Shown: positions 16,611 through 27,073, counted from the stretch's first letter. The stretch is DNA of 30,605 nt from Breznakia blatticola (GCF_004365815.1 NZ_SODD01000031.1:1-30605); one strand, 5' to 3'. Numbers and translations are program-made. The notes: generated from the letters alone by a model not told the origin.

Positions 16611-17561
16611 TTATTTGTATTTTTGTTGATGGTATGCGCAAAAGACATCGTTTAAGTCGGCAATCAACGTCGGTGAATCTACTATACCATCCGTGAATAT
16701 TGCAATCAAGTATGGTTCCTCTGTATATACGATTCCATAATCATTGACATAACCTGCAAACTCTCCATACTTGTGTGCGATTTCATAATGCTCAGCAGCA
16801 GTTCCTGCTTGTAAGAAATATCCTTGGCTGGCAATTTTTAATAAATCAATCAGTTCTTGATATTTATCTTGATGATTGTAAAGATACTTTAGTACTTCCA
16901 TACTGCTTCTAGCAGTAGTTACATTGTTGTTGATTTCTTCAAGTGTGTATTGTTTTGCACCATAATTAGAAAAAGCTTGATAGGTTTCCAAGACTCCAGT
17001 TGTATATAACATAATCAGTGATGCAGAGTTATCACTATTCACAATAGCTTGTCTAATTAAATAGGATAAAGGAATTTGATCATCAATTGTGTAAATTGTA
17101 GAAAGGCCTTCCTCTGGCATATATGCTTCTTCATAAAAAGGTAGGGCAGTATCCTTTGTATACACACCTTTCTCGATTAAGTCATAATAGTACATAGCAA
17201 GTGGTAGTTTATACGTACTTGCTGCTAGCATATCTTCATCTTCATTTACTTGAATGGTCTCATCATCTTTGGGATCATAATATATATACGACAACTGTTT
17301 GTCATCAAAATCATATGCATCAAGAATATACGCGATACTTTCTTGTAAATCACTTTTTGATTCTATGGTCGGTAATTCATCGCCTTTTGTTGATGTACGA
17401 GTCTCTTCTGTAAATTGTGCAAGCATGTCTTCACTGATGTTTTTTAGTGCGATAATTGCAACACAGCCAATAATAATTAAGCAACTTAGAATCATTATCA
17501 GTAATAGTTTTCTGCGAATGATTTTTAGCTGTCTACTTGTTTTCCTCTTTCTTTTTTTCAT
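16611..17561 (-). CDS. Membrane-anchored serine hydrolase with class-A beta-lactamase / DD-peptidase-like fold
   Basis: Basic N-terminus plus one TM segment (LLLIMILSCLIIIGCVAIIAL). SxxK motif STYK, SDN motif (VNSDNSAS), and KYG in the KTG position. 316 aa. Confidence 0.75.
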   Translation of the reverse strand: MKKRKRKTSRQLKIIRRKLLLIMILSCLIIIGCVAIIALKNISEDMLAQFTEETRTSTKGDELPTIESKSDLQESIAYILDAYDFDDKQLSYIYYDPKDDETIQVNEDEDMLAASTYKLPLAMYYYDLIEKGVYTKDTALPFYEEAYMPEEGLSTIYTIDDQIPLSYLIRQAIVNSDNSASLIMLYTTGVLETYQAFSNYGAKQYTLEEINNNVTTARSSMEVLKYLYNHQDKYQELIDLLKIASQGYFLQAGTAAEHYEIAHKYGEFAGYVNDYGIVYTEEPYLIAIFTDGIVDSPTLIADLNDVFCAYHQQKYK

Positions 17562-17567
17562 ATCTAT

Positions 17568-17576
17568 ATTCTACCA
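17568..17576 (-). promoter_or_regulatory. Extended -10 promoter positioned for a leaderless hydrolase-pgeF mRNA
   Basis: The minus strand reads TGgTAGAAT-ATAGAT-ATG. Exactly 6 nt separate the -10 from the ATG at 17561. No SD is present. Confidence 0.5.
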
Positions 17577-17653
17577 TTTTTACGTATATGAATACACTCA
17601 TATCATCTTTACTAATAGGTATACATTGATGAAAATGAAATAATTCAAAAATA

Positions 17654-17680
17654 TTAGCACTTTATACTTGACAGTGCTAA
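17654..17680. promoter_or_regulatory. CIRCE operator 1 of hrcA, overlapping the -35
   Basis: TTAGCACTT-N9-CAGTGCTAA, 16/18 to consensus. The TTGACA -35 (17668-17673) lies inside it. Confidence 0.85.
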
Positions 17681-17696
17681 TTTGGTGGTATATAGT
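17668..17696 (+). promoter_or_regulatory. Sigma-A promoter of the hrcA-grpE-dnaK-dnaJ operon
   Basis: TTGACA 17668-17673, 17-nt spacer, TATAGT 17691-17696. Confidence 0.8.
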
Positions 17697-17697
17697 A

Positions 17698-17724
17698 TTA
17701 GCAGATGCTCGTAAAGAGTGCTAG
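17698..17724. promoter_or_regulatory. CIRCE operator 2 of hrcA (more degenerate), between the -10 and the RBS
   Basis: TTAGCAGAT-N9-GAGTGCTAG. Left arm 6/9, right arm 8/9. Confidence 0.65.
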
Positions 17725-17737
17725 AAAGGGTGTACAT

Positions 17738-18757
17738 ATGCAACTAACAGATCGACAATTATTAATCTTTAAAACGATCGTTGATGAGTTCACAAAGACA
17801 GCAGAACCGGTTGGTTCGAAAAATTTAATGAACTTATTAAATATCAAAGTTTCAAGTGCAACTCTTCGTAATGAAATGGCTGCGTTGGAAGAATTTGGAT
17901 TATTAGAGAAGACGCATACATCAAGTGGACGTGTACCTTCAAGTAAAGGGTACCGATTCTATGTAGAGCATCTTATGGAAAAAGAATTAGATAGTAATGT
18001 TGAAAATGCATTAAGTGAAGTATTCCATGAACGTCATTATAGTGTTGAGGAAATCGTAAAGCGAAGTTGTGATATACTTTCGCAAATGACTAACTTAACA
18101 TCTGTAGTACTTGGTCCAGAAACAAGTTCACAAAATCTACAACATATTCAAATCTTTCCAATTAACGAAAGAAGTGCAGTATGTGTATTTATAACTGATC
18201 AAGGACATACAGAAAATAAGATGTTCCATTTTGAAGAAAATGTGAGTTTAAATGATATTCAAACATGTTGTAATATTTTAAATGATCATCTAGCAGGAAC
18301 GCCAATTAATGAATTATCAAGTAAACTAGAAGAAATTAGACCACTGTTATCAAGTCAAGTGGTTCGTCATGAAGTGTTATTCCAAGCATTTGTTAGCGCA
18401 TTTGTGAAATTCGCAAGCGATAATGTATATACTTCAGGTACATCAAATATGCTTTACCAACCAGAATTTGCTGATATCGAAAAACTTCGTGAACTGATGA
18501 AGTTCTTAGAGGATAGTAGTGTTTGGCGTCAACTGGGAAGTAGTAATGAAGATATTTCGATTCGTATTGGAAATGATGATAACCAAGTCATTCCATTTGA
18601 AAACGTATCTGTTGTCTCAAGTACGATTCGAATTAATGATGAAGAAGAAGGAAAACTTATGGTTGTAGGGCCAACAAGAATGCCATACAACAAAGTTGTA
18701 GCATTAATGGAATATATGGCAAAAGCAATCGGAGATTTATATCGTAATGATAGATAG
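17738..18757 (+). CDS. hrcA: Heat-inducible transcription repressor HrcA
   Basis: N-terminus MQLTDRQLLIFKTIVDEF...EPVGSKNL...SSATLRNEMAALEE is typical of HrcA. I use the start at 17738 with RBS GAAAGGG. The ORF-track start at 17705 lies inside CIRCE 2. Confidence 0.93.
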   Translation: MQLTDRQLLIFKTIVDEFTKTAEPVGSKNLMNLLNIKVSSATLRNEMAALEEFGLLEKTHTSSGRVPSSKGYRFYVEHLMEKELDSNVENALSEVFHERHYSVEEIVKRSCDILSQMTNLTSVVLGPETSSQNLQHIQIFPINERSAVCVFITDQGHTENKMFHFEENVSLNDIQTCCNILNDHLAGTPINELSSKLEEIRPLLSSQVVRHEVLFQAFVSAFVKFASDNVYTSGTSNMLYQPEFADIEKLRELMKFLEDSSVWRQLGSSNEDISIRIGNDDNQVIPFENVSVVSSTIRINDEEEGKLMVVGPTRMPYNKVVALMEYMAKAIGDLYRNDR

Positions 18758-18767
18758 GAGTGGAACG

Positions 18768-21232
<2,465 letters not shown>

Positions 21233-21241
21233 AAATGTAAA

Positions 21242-21267
21242 AGAAGTTCTAGGCAACTAGAACTTCT
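21242..21267 (+). other. Perfect 11-bp hairpin between dnaK and dnaJ (attenuator, processing or stability element; weak U-tract)
   Basis: AGAAGTTCTAG (21242-21252) / CTAGAACTTCT (21257-21267), loop GCAA, followed by CTTGTGT. A TATAAT lies at 21274-21279 just downstream. Confidence 0.6.
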
Positions 21268-21309
21268 CTTGTGTATAATACATAGGGAATATAAAGTAGG
21301 AGGTTTGTG

Positions 21310-22413
21310 ATGGCAAATAAAAGAGATTATTATGAGGTGTTAGGCCTAGACAAAGGTGCAAGTGACGCTGATATTAAAAAAGCATATCGTAAATTAGCAA
21401 AAAAATACCATCCAGACGTTAATAAAGATGCAGATGCTGAAGATAAATTTAAAGAAGTAAATGAAGCATATGAAGTATTAAGCGATAAACAAAAGAAAGC
21501 CACATACGATCAATTCGGGCACGCCGGAATGGATGGTGCACAAGGATTTGGAGGGCAAGGCTTTTCTGACTTTGGTGGTTTTGAAGATATATTTGGTTCA
21601 TTCTTTGGTGGTGGATTCTCTGGAAGTTCTAGAAGAAGAAATGGTCCACAAAAAGGACAAGATCGCTTTATGCAAATGCGTGTGGATTTCATGGATGCCA
21701 TCTTTGGTAAAAGTGAAGAAGTTTCACTTGAAGTGGATGAGACTTGTAGCGAATGTTCAGGAACAGGAGCAAAAAGTAAAGATGATGTACAAACTTGTCC
21801 AACATGTAATGGATCAGGACGTGTTGTTACTCAACAACAAACAGCTTTTGGTGTTTTCCAAAGTGAAAGTGTATGTCCAACATGTAATGGAACAGGTACA
21901 ATCATTAAAAATAAATGTAGTAAATGTCATGGAAGTGGATATGAACACAAACATGTGAAGTTAGATATTAAAATTCCAGCAGGAATTCAATCTGGTCAAC
22001 AAATTCGTGTAACTGGAAAAGGTGAAAAAGGAGTAAATGGAGGTCCAAATGGTGACTTATATATTGAAATCCTTGTAGCACCACATAAAAACTTCATTCG
22101 TGAAGGAAACGATATCCGTATACAAGTTCCAATCTCTGATGTAGATGCAGTTTTAGGAACAAGTATTGATGTGCCAACAGTATATGGTGATGTAAGTTTA
22201 AAAATTCCAGCAGGTACACAATCAGGAACAAAATTTAGACTAAAAGGAAAAGGTGTGAAGTCTCCAAAAGGATATATTGGAGATCAATATGTAGATGTAA
22301 AAGTTGAAATGCCTAAGAAATTAAGCAAACAACAAAAAGACCTATATGAAAAACTTCGCAAGTCTGCGAAATATGAATCACCATTTGAAAAATTTAAGAA
22401 AGCATTTAAGTAA
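21310..22413 (+). CDS. dnaJ: Co-chaperone DnaJ (Hsp40, type I)
   Basis: J-domain with HPD (KKYHPDVNK), G/F-rich linker, and four CxxCxGxG zinc motifs ([32 protein letters not shown]). ATG at 21310 is 6 nt after AGGAGG. An in-frame GTG at 21307 is less likely. Confidence 0.96.
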   Translation: MANKRDYYEVLGLDKGASDADIKKAYRKLAKKYHPDVNKDADAEDKFKEVNEAYEVLSDKQKKATYDQFGHAGMDGAQGFGGQGFSDFGGFEDIFGSFFGGGFSGSSRRRNGPQKGQDRFMQMRVDFMDAIFGKSEEVSLEVDETCSECSGTGAKSKDDVQTCPTCNGSGRVVTQQQTAFGVFQSESVCPTCNGTGTIIKNKCSKCHGSGYEHKHVKLDIKIPAGIQSGQQIRVTGKGEKGVNGGPNGDLYIEILVAPHKNFIREGNDIRIQVPISDVDAVLGTSIDVPTVYGDVSLKIPAGTQSGTKFRLKGKGVKSPKGYIGDQYVDVKVEMPKKLSKQQKDLYEKLRKSAKYESPFEKFKKAFK

Positions 22414-22433
22414 ACTCTAGGGTTTACTTTTTT
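22410..22433 (+). terminator. Weak AT-rich terminator after dnaJ
   Basis: GTAAAC (22410-22415) / GTTTAC (22422-22427), followed by a T6 run. Confidence 0.45.
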
Positions 22434-22478
22434 CTTTTCTATTTAATAACTACAGCGTATACTAATAAAGAGGTGTCC

Positions 22479-23129
22479 ATGAAAAATAAGCAACAAAAAT
22501 ATAGTCTTATTGCATTTATAATTGCGGTTATCAGTATCGTGTCTTTAAGCGTCTATGACATGAAAGAAAAAATTGAAACCATAAATCGAATCGTCTTAAT
22601 AACTAATTTACAAGACTATTATCTGTCATATGAGAAAGTTAGTGGAAATAGATCTTTTGAAAGTGCACTTGAACAGTTAAAAGCATTACAAGCTGAACTA
22701 GAAAAAGAGGAAAAAGTTCAACAACAAGAGACAGCTTCTGAAGTGTCTGATGTGTTAACTGAAGCTGATATTAATGAATCTCAAGTTGTTAATCCAAGTG
22801 GACCAATTGTTCCTAAGCGTCTCTATTCCACTGTGAAAAGTGACAGTAAAGGACACATGTATCGTGAGTATTTTGATACAACTTCGCAGACGACATCAAT
22901 CATGATGGGTGGTGAAGAGATGAGTAATGGACAAGCAACGTATTTGCCAAGAAATCTGATCGATCGTGGAAATAATTGTTTTTATGTAGAAAATACAAAT
23001 GGCAAAGAATTCAATATCTATTTAGGTGAACATGCGTATTATCTATATGATGTGAATTGTGATGTCTCTTATATTTTGGATGATGCTAACAACAATAATG
23101 GACAAAACGCAATAACCATTTATAAATAG
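22479..23129 (+). CDS. Membrane-anchored protein of unknown function (N-terminal TM, coiled-coil linker, C-terminal globular domain)
   Basis: ATG at 22479 with RBS AAAGAGG 5 nt upstream. TM segment YSLIAFIIAVISIVSLSVY. I recognise no family motif. Confidence 0.7.
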   Translation: MKNKQQKYSLIAFIIAVISIVSLSVYDMKEKIETINRIVLITNLQDYYLSYEKVSGNRSFESALEQLKALQAELEKEEKVQQQETASEVSDVLTEADINESQVVNPSGPIVPKRLYSTVKSDSKGHMYREYFDTTSQTTSIMMGGEEMSNGQATYLPRNLIDRGNNCFYVENTNGKEFNIYLGEHAYYLYDVNCDVSYILDDANNNNGQNAITIYK

Positions 23130-23156
23130 AAAGAGCGCATCAATTAGCGCTCTTTT
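23130..23156. terminator. Bidirectional terminator between orf22479 and ygiQ
   Basis: AAAGAGCGC (23130-23138) / GCGCTCTTT (23147-23155), with an 8-nt loop. Confidence 0.75.
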
Positions 23157-23159
23157 AAG

Positions 23160-25055
23160 TTATCTTGATTTATTTCTTTTTTGACGGTTTGGTTGTTTAG
23201 TTGAATAGTTTGCTTTACCATATGCATTTTTACTTTTGTATTTAGCTGCATATTGATGACTTTTGTCTTTGATTAAGCAATGTTTTCCTTGTCCAATTAA
23301 ATCCGCACGTCCTGCTTCCATCAATGCATCATACACTAAGTTATAGTGTTTTGGATTACGATATTGCAGCAAGGCTCTTTGCATTGATTTTTCTTTACTG
23401 GTTTTAGCCACATACACAGGTTTCATATCGCGTGGATCAAGTCCTGTATAGTACATCGTAGTTGATAGAGTACCAGGTGTTGGATAGAAATCCTGTACTT
23501 GTTCTGGTTGATGATGAATTTTATGTAGATACTGCGCAAGTTCAATTGCTGCATCTAAATCACTACCTGGATGACTTGACATTAAATAGGGAACTAAGAA
23601 TTGTTTCTTATTGTATTCTTCATTTAAGCGATAATATTCATCCACAAACAATTCATATAGTTTACGTCTAGGTTTTCCCATTTTATCTAAGACTTTATCG
23701 CTAATATGCTCAGGAGCAACTTTTAATTGACCACTAATGTGATGTTGAACTAGTTCTCTAAAGAAACGATCATCACGGTCATACATAATATAGTCATAGC
23801 GAATTCCACTACGCACAAAGACCTTCTTTACTTTTGGTAATTCTCTAAGCTTTTGTAGTAGTTGTAAATAGTCTTCATGATTTACTTCTAATTGTTTACA
23901 TGGTTTTGGCCACAAACACTGTTTTGATGGACATACACCATGTTCCACTTGTTTTTCACATGATGGTTGTCTAAAGTTTGCTGTTGGACCACCTACATCA
24001 TGAATGTATCCTTTAAAGTCTGGTTCTGCGATCATCTTTTTTGCTTCTTCTACTAGTGATTCGTGTGAACGTGCTTGAATGACACGACCTTGGTGATAGG
24101 TAAGTGCACAAAAGTTACATCCACCAAAGCACCCACGATTGCTAATTAGTGAGAATTTCACTTCATCAATAGCTGGAACATGACCGATTTTTTTATACAT
24201 TGGATGGTAATCACGTGTATAAGGTAAAGCATACGCATCATCAAATTCAGCTTGCGTAAGTGGGCGATTTGGGCGATTTTGTACAACGTACCAACCTTTA
24301 TATGGTTCAACTAGTGTTTTTGCCACAAAGTGATCAGTATTCTTGTTTTGAATCATGAATGACTTCGCATAGGTTTTCTTATCACGTACAATTTCTTCAT
24401 AACTTGGTAAAATAATTGGTTCAAAAGCATTGGTAATGTCCTTTGTTTTATAGACAGTTCCATCAAGATATGTAATATCTTTAATATCCAGTCCACTATC
24501 AAGTGCTTCTGCAACTTCAATAATACTGTTTTCTCCCATTCCATATAGAAGTAAGTCCGCATTCGCATCAATGATAATTGATTTTCTTACTTTATTATCC
24601 CAGTAGTCATAGTGTGCTGTTCTACGTAAACTCGCTTCAATTCCACCAAGGATAATTGTTGTGTCAGGATATGCTTGTCGTACCATTTGTGAGTATACAA
24701 TAACAGCACGATCTGGACGTTTACCCATTTCACCATTCGGTGTGTAATAGTCTTTACGACGACGCTTTTTTGCCACTGAATAGTGATTTACCATGGAATC
24801 AATATTTCCAGAAGACACTAAAAAACCAAGTCTTGGTTTTCCAAAACGTTTAAAATCATCAACAGAACGCCAGTTCGGTTGACTTAAAAATGCAACTTTG
24901 TAACCATAATGTTCAAGTTGACGAGTAATAATGGCAGCTCCAAAAGAAGGGTGATCTAGGTATGCATCACCGCTCACGTAGACGAAATCCACTTCATCCC
25001 ATCCACGATCTAACATTTCTTGTTTGGTTACTGGTAATAGTTTATTTTCTTTCAT
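23160..25055 (-). CDS. ygiQ: YgiQ-family (UPF0313) radical SAM protein with a basic C-terminal tail
   Basis: N-terminal segment GWDEVDFVYVSGDAYLDHPSFG is typical of YgiQ. Radical-SAM cluster motif CFGGCNFC. 631 aa. Confidence 0.88.
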   Translation of the reverse strand: MKENKLLPVTKQEMLDRGWDEVDFVYVSGDAYLDHPSFGAAIITRQLEHYGYKVAFLSQPNWRSVDDFKRFGKPRLGFLVSSGNIDSMVNHYSVAKKRRRKDYYTPNGEMGKRPDRAVIVYSQMVRQAYPDTTIILGGIEASLRRTAHYDYWDNKVRKSIIIDANADLLLYGMGENSIIEVAEALDSGLDIKDITYLDGTVYKTKDITNAFEPIILPSYEEIVRDKKTYAKSFMIQNKNTDHFVAKTLVEPYKGWYVVQNRPNRPLTQAEFDDAYALPYTRDYHPMYKKIGHVPAIDEVKFSLISNRGCFGGCNFCALTYHQGRVIQARSHESLVEEAKKMIAEPDFKGYIHDVGGPTANFRQPSCEKQVEHGVCPSKQCLWPKPCKQLEVNHEDYLQLLQKLRELPKVKKVFVRSGIRYDYIMYDRDDRFFRELVQHHISGQLKVAPEHISDKVLDKMGKPRRKLYELFVDEYYRLNEEYNKKQFLVPYLMSSHPGSDLDAAIELAQYLHKIHHQPEQVQDFYPTPGTLSTTMYYTGLDPRDMKPVYVAKTSKEKSMQRALLQYRNPKHYNLVYDALMEAGRADLIGQGKHCLIKDKSHQYAAKYKSKNAYGKANYSTKQPNRQKRNKSR

Positions 25056-25063
25056 ACCAAGTT

Positions 25064-25069
25064 ATTATA
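25064..25069 (-). promoter_or_regulatory. -10 box placed for a leaderless or near-leaderless ygiQ mRNA
   Basis: The minus strand reads TATAAT-AACTTGGT-ATG, with 8 nt between the -10 and the ATG at 25055. No SD is present. Confidence 0.4.
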
Positions 25070-25111
25070 CATAAAGGTACTCACTTTTACTATGTGAAAA
25101 TGAAGGAAATG

Positions 25112-25139
25112 TAAAAGAAAAAGATGGGTATACCATCTT
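25112..25139 (-). terminator. Terminator of the cca-yfcE unit
   Basis: Stem 25121-25127 / 25133-25139 (AAGATGG / CCATCTT), loop GTATA. On the minus strand it is followed by TTTCTTTT. It overlaps the yfcE-like stop codon. Confidence 0.5.
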
Positions 25140-25683
25140 ATAGTTCCATTGATGCCAGTTTTGTGTGTAAGTCATCATACCAATTGTATGAATTTGTACA
25201 CAGTAAACCATATGTATGTGGATTGCTTTCTTTTGGTAAAGAGATACTACCAGGGTTAATTACAACAATTCCATCGGTTTTTTTCATTACTGGAATATGG
25301 GTGTGTCCACTCATGAAAATATCACCTTCATTTAAGTTCTTAGGTAAATTATTCGGTCCATACACATGTCCATGACTCATGATAAGTTTGCTATTTCCTA
25401 AGAAAAGTGTTTGTGAGGTTGAAAGTAATGGGAAATCTAGAACCATTTGATCGACTTCACTATCACAATTTCCACGGCATGCAATGATTTTATCTTTAAG
25501 TGGGTTGAATAATGCAATAACTTCTTTCGGTGCATAATCTTTTGGTAGATCATTACGCGGTCCATGATACAAAATATCACCTAAAAGTATAAGCGCATCT
25601 GCTTCATGTTTATAAAACGCTTCAATGATTATTTTTGCATAATATGCACTACCATGAATATCACTTGCTATTAGATATTTCAT
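25138..25683 (-). CDS. yfcE: YfcE-like metallophosphoesterase (calcineurin-like phosphodiesterase)
   Basis: MPP motifs DIHGS, GDILYHGPRN, GNCD, SHGH and GHTH. 181 aa. RBS AGGAGG. Confidence 0.85.
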   Translation of the reverse strand: MKYLIASDIHGSAYYAKIIIEAFYKHEADALILLGDILYHGPRNDLPKDYAPKEVIALFNPLKDKIIACRGNCDSEVDQMVLDFPLLSTSQTLFLGNSKLIMSHGHVYGPNNLPKNLNEGDIFMSGHTHIPVMKKTDGIVVINPGSISLPKESNPHTYGLLCTNSYNWYDDLHTKLASMEL

Positions 25684-27040
25684 CCTTTAATCCTCCTGCG
25701 ACTTCTAGTAAGTCTTTTTTATTGTTTTTTTCTTGATGATGCACTACATATTTTACTAAATAATTAAGTACATTACCAATCTCTTTATGTTGATATCCTA
25801 GTTTTTTAATATCTTCTCCATTTACTGCTAGTTCCTTGATAGAGAATACTTCTTTTGCTTCTTGCATAATGTGTAGTTTTTTTATAACTTCGTCAATCGT
25901 TACATTTTTTTTGATTTGAGTTGTTTTTGATTTTCCCATATTATCTAATTTTTGAATCGTTAGGATTTCATGAGCAAGTACATAATTACCGTGCAGTTCA
26001 TACATGAATTGTCGAATATCATCGATTCCATTTGTGACATAACGATCATGATAATAAATAAGCTGATACACATGTTGATAGCATGCTTTTGAAAAACGAT
26101 ACTCTTTTAATATCTTTTTTGCGTACGTTGCACTCAATGCAGCATGTCCTTTAAAATGTGTTATCCCATTAGCATCTACTTGCTTGCATGCTTTCTTTTT
26201 TATGTCATGAAAGAATAAAGCAAGTCGAATATCTAGTGGATAGCCAATACTGGCATTGATTACCGAATTCATATGTTCAAATACATCATAAATATGATAT
26301 GTGTTGTGTTGTACTACATCATATGTTTCTTTAAATACGGGAAACAGAGTATCTAACACATTTGCATTACGAAGTATGCGTAAGGTATCTACTTGTTTAC
26401 TTTGTAAGATCTTTACGAATTCAACTTGTAATCGTTCTTTTGAGATATGCTGAAGTAGATATGCATATTTTTGGATTGCAAGAAATGTCTCGTTTTCAAT
26501 GGAAAAAGCGAGTGTTGCTTGAAATCGTAAAGCTCTAAGTATACGTAATGCATCTTCTTGAAATCGTAAAGAAGGATTCCCAACTGTGCGAATTTGTTTA
26601 TGTTTGATATCATGCATACCACCAACATAATCAACAATATGAGCTCCATCATAACCTAAAGCATTCATCGTAAAATCACGTCTTGCGACATCATCAGCAA
26701 AGTTGTTTGAGAAACTTACATGTTCGGGACGACGAAAATCTTTATACTCATGGTCGCTTCTAAATGTTGTGATCTCGTAAGGTTGATTGTGATACATCCA
26801 GGTAATTGTTCCGTGTGCAATTCCTGTTGGTATGCTTTGAATATTATACTTATTAGCAAGTGCAATCATCTGCTTGGGTAGGGCATCTGTACATAAATCA
26901 TAATCATGGATTACATTTCCTAAAATGGCATCACGAACACAACCACCAACTAGAAAAATTTGATAGCCTTCATTTTTAAAAAGTTGTAAAAGGTGTAATG
27001 CATCGCTGCTAAAAGGTGCATTAAAATTGAATGTATTCAT
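25661..27040 (-). CDS. cca: CCA-adding tRNA nucleotidyltransferase with HD domain
   Basis: Class II nucleotidyltransferase motifs GGCVRD and DYDLCT, RRDFTMNA, and an HD motif (FFHDIKK). 459 aa. Ends in TGA and overlaps the yfcE-like start by 23 nt. Confidence 0.9.
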   Translation of the reverse strand: MNTFNFNAPFSSDALHLLQLFKNEGYQIFLVGGCVRDAILGNVIHDYDLCTDALPKQMIALANKYNIQSIPTGIAHGTITWMYHNQPYEITTFRSDHEYKDFRRPEHVSFSNNFADDVARRDFTMNALGYDGAHIVDYVGGMHDIKHKQIRTVGNPSLRFQEDALRILRALRFQATLAFSIENETFLAIQKYAYLLQHISKERLQVEFVKILQSKQVDTLRILRNANVLDTLFPVFKETYDVVQHNTYHIYDVFEHMNSVINASIGYPLDIRLALFFHDIKKKACKQVDANGITHFKGHAALSATYAKKILKEYRFSKACYQHVYQLIYYHDRYVTNGIDDIRQFMYELHGNYVLAHEILTIQKLDNMGKSKTTQIKKNVTIDEVIKKLHIMQEAKEVFSIKELAVNGEDIKKLGYQHKEIGNVLNYLVKYVVHHQEKNNKKDLLEVAGGLKDEISNSK

Positions 27041-27046
27041 AACTTT

Positions 27047-27055
27047 AGTATATCA
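27047..27055 (-). promoter_or_regulatory. Extended -10 promoter positioned for a leaderless cca mRNA
   Basis: The minus strand reads TGaTATACT-AAAGTT-ATG. Exactly 6 nt separate the -10 from the ATG at 27040. No SD is present. Confidence 0.55.
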
Positions 27056-27073
27056 TAAAAATATATAATAAAA

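Noticed and set aside
21533-21958. A 141-aa alternate-frame ORF inside dnaJ.
   Set aside because: The dnaJ frame carries the complete J-domain, G/F region and four zinc-finger motifs. The overlapping frame has no RBS and no recognisable features.
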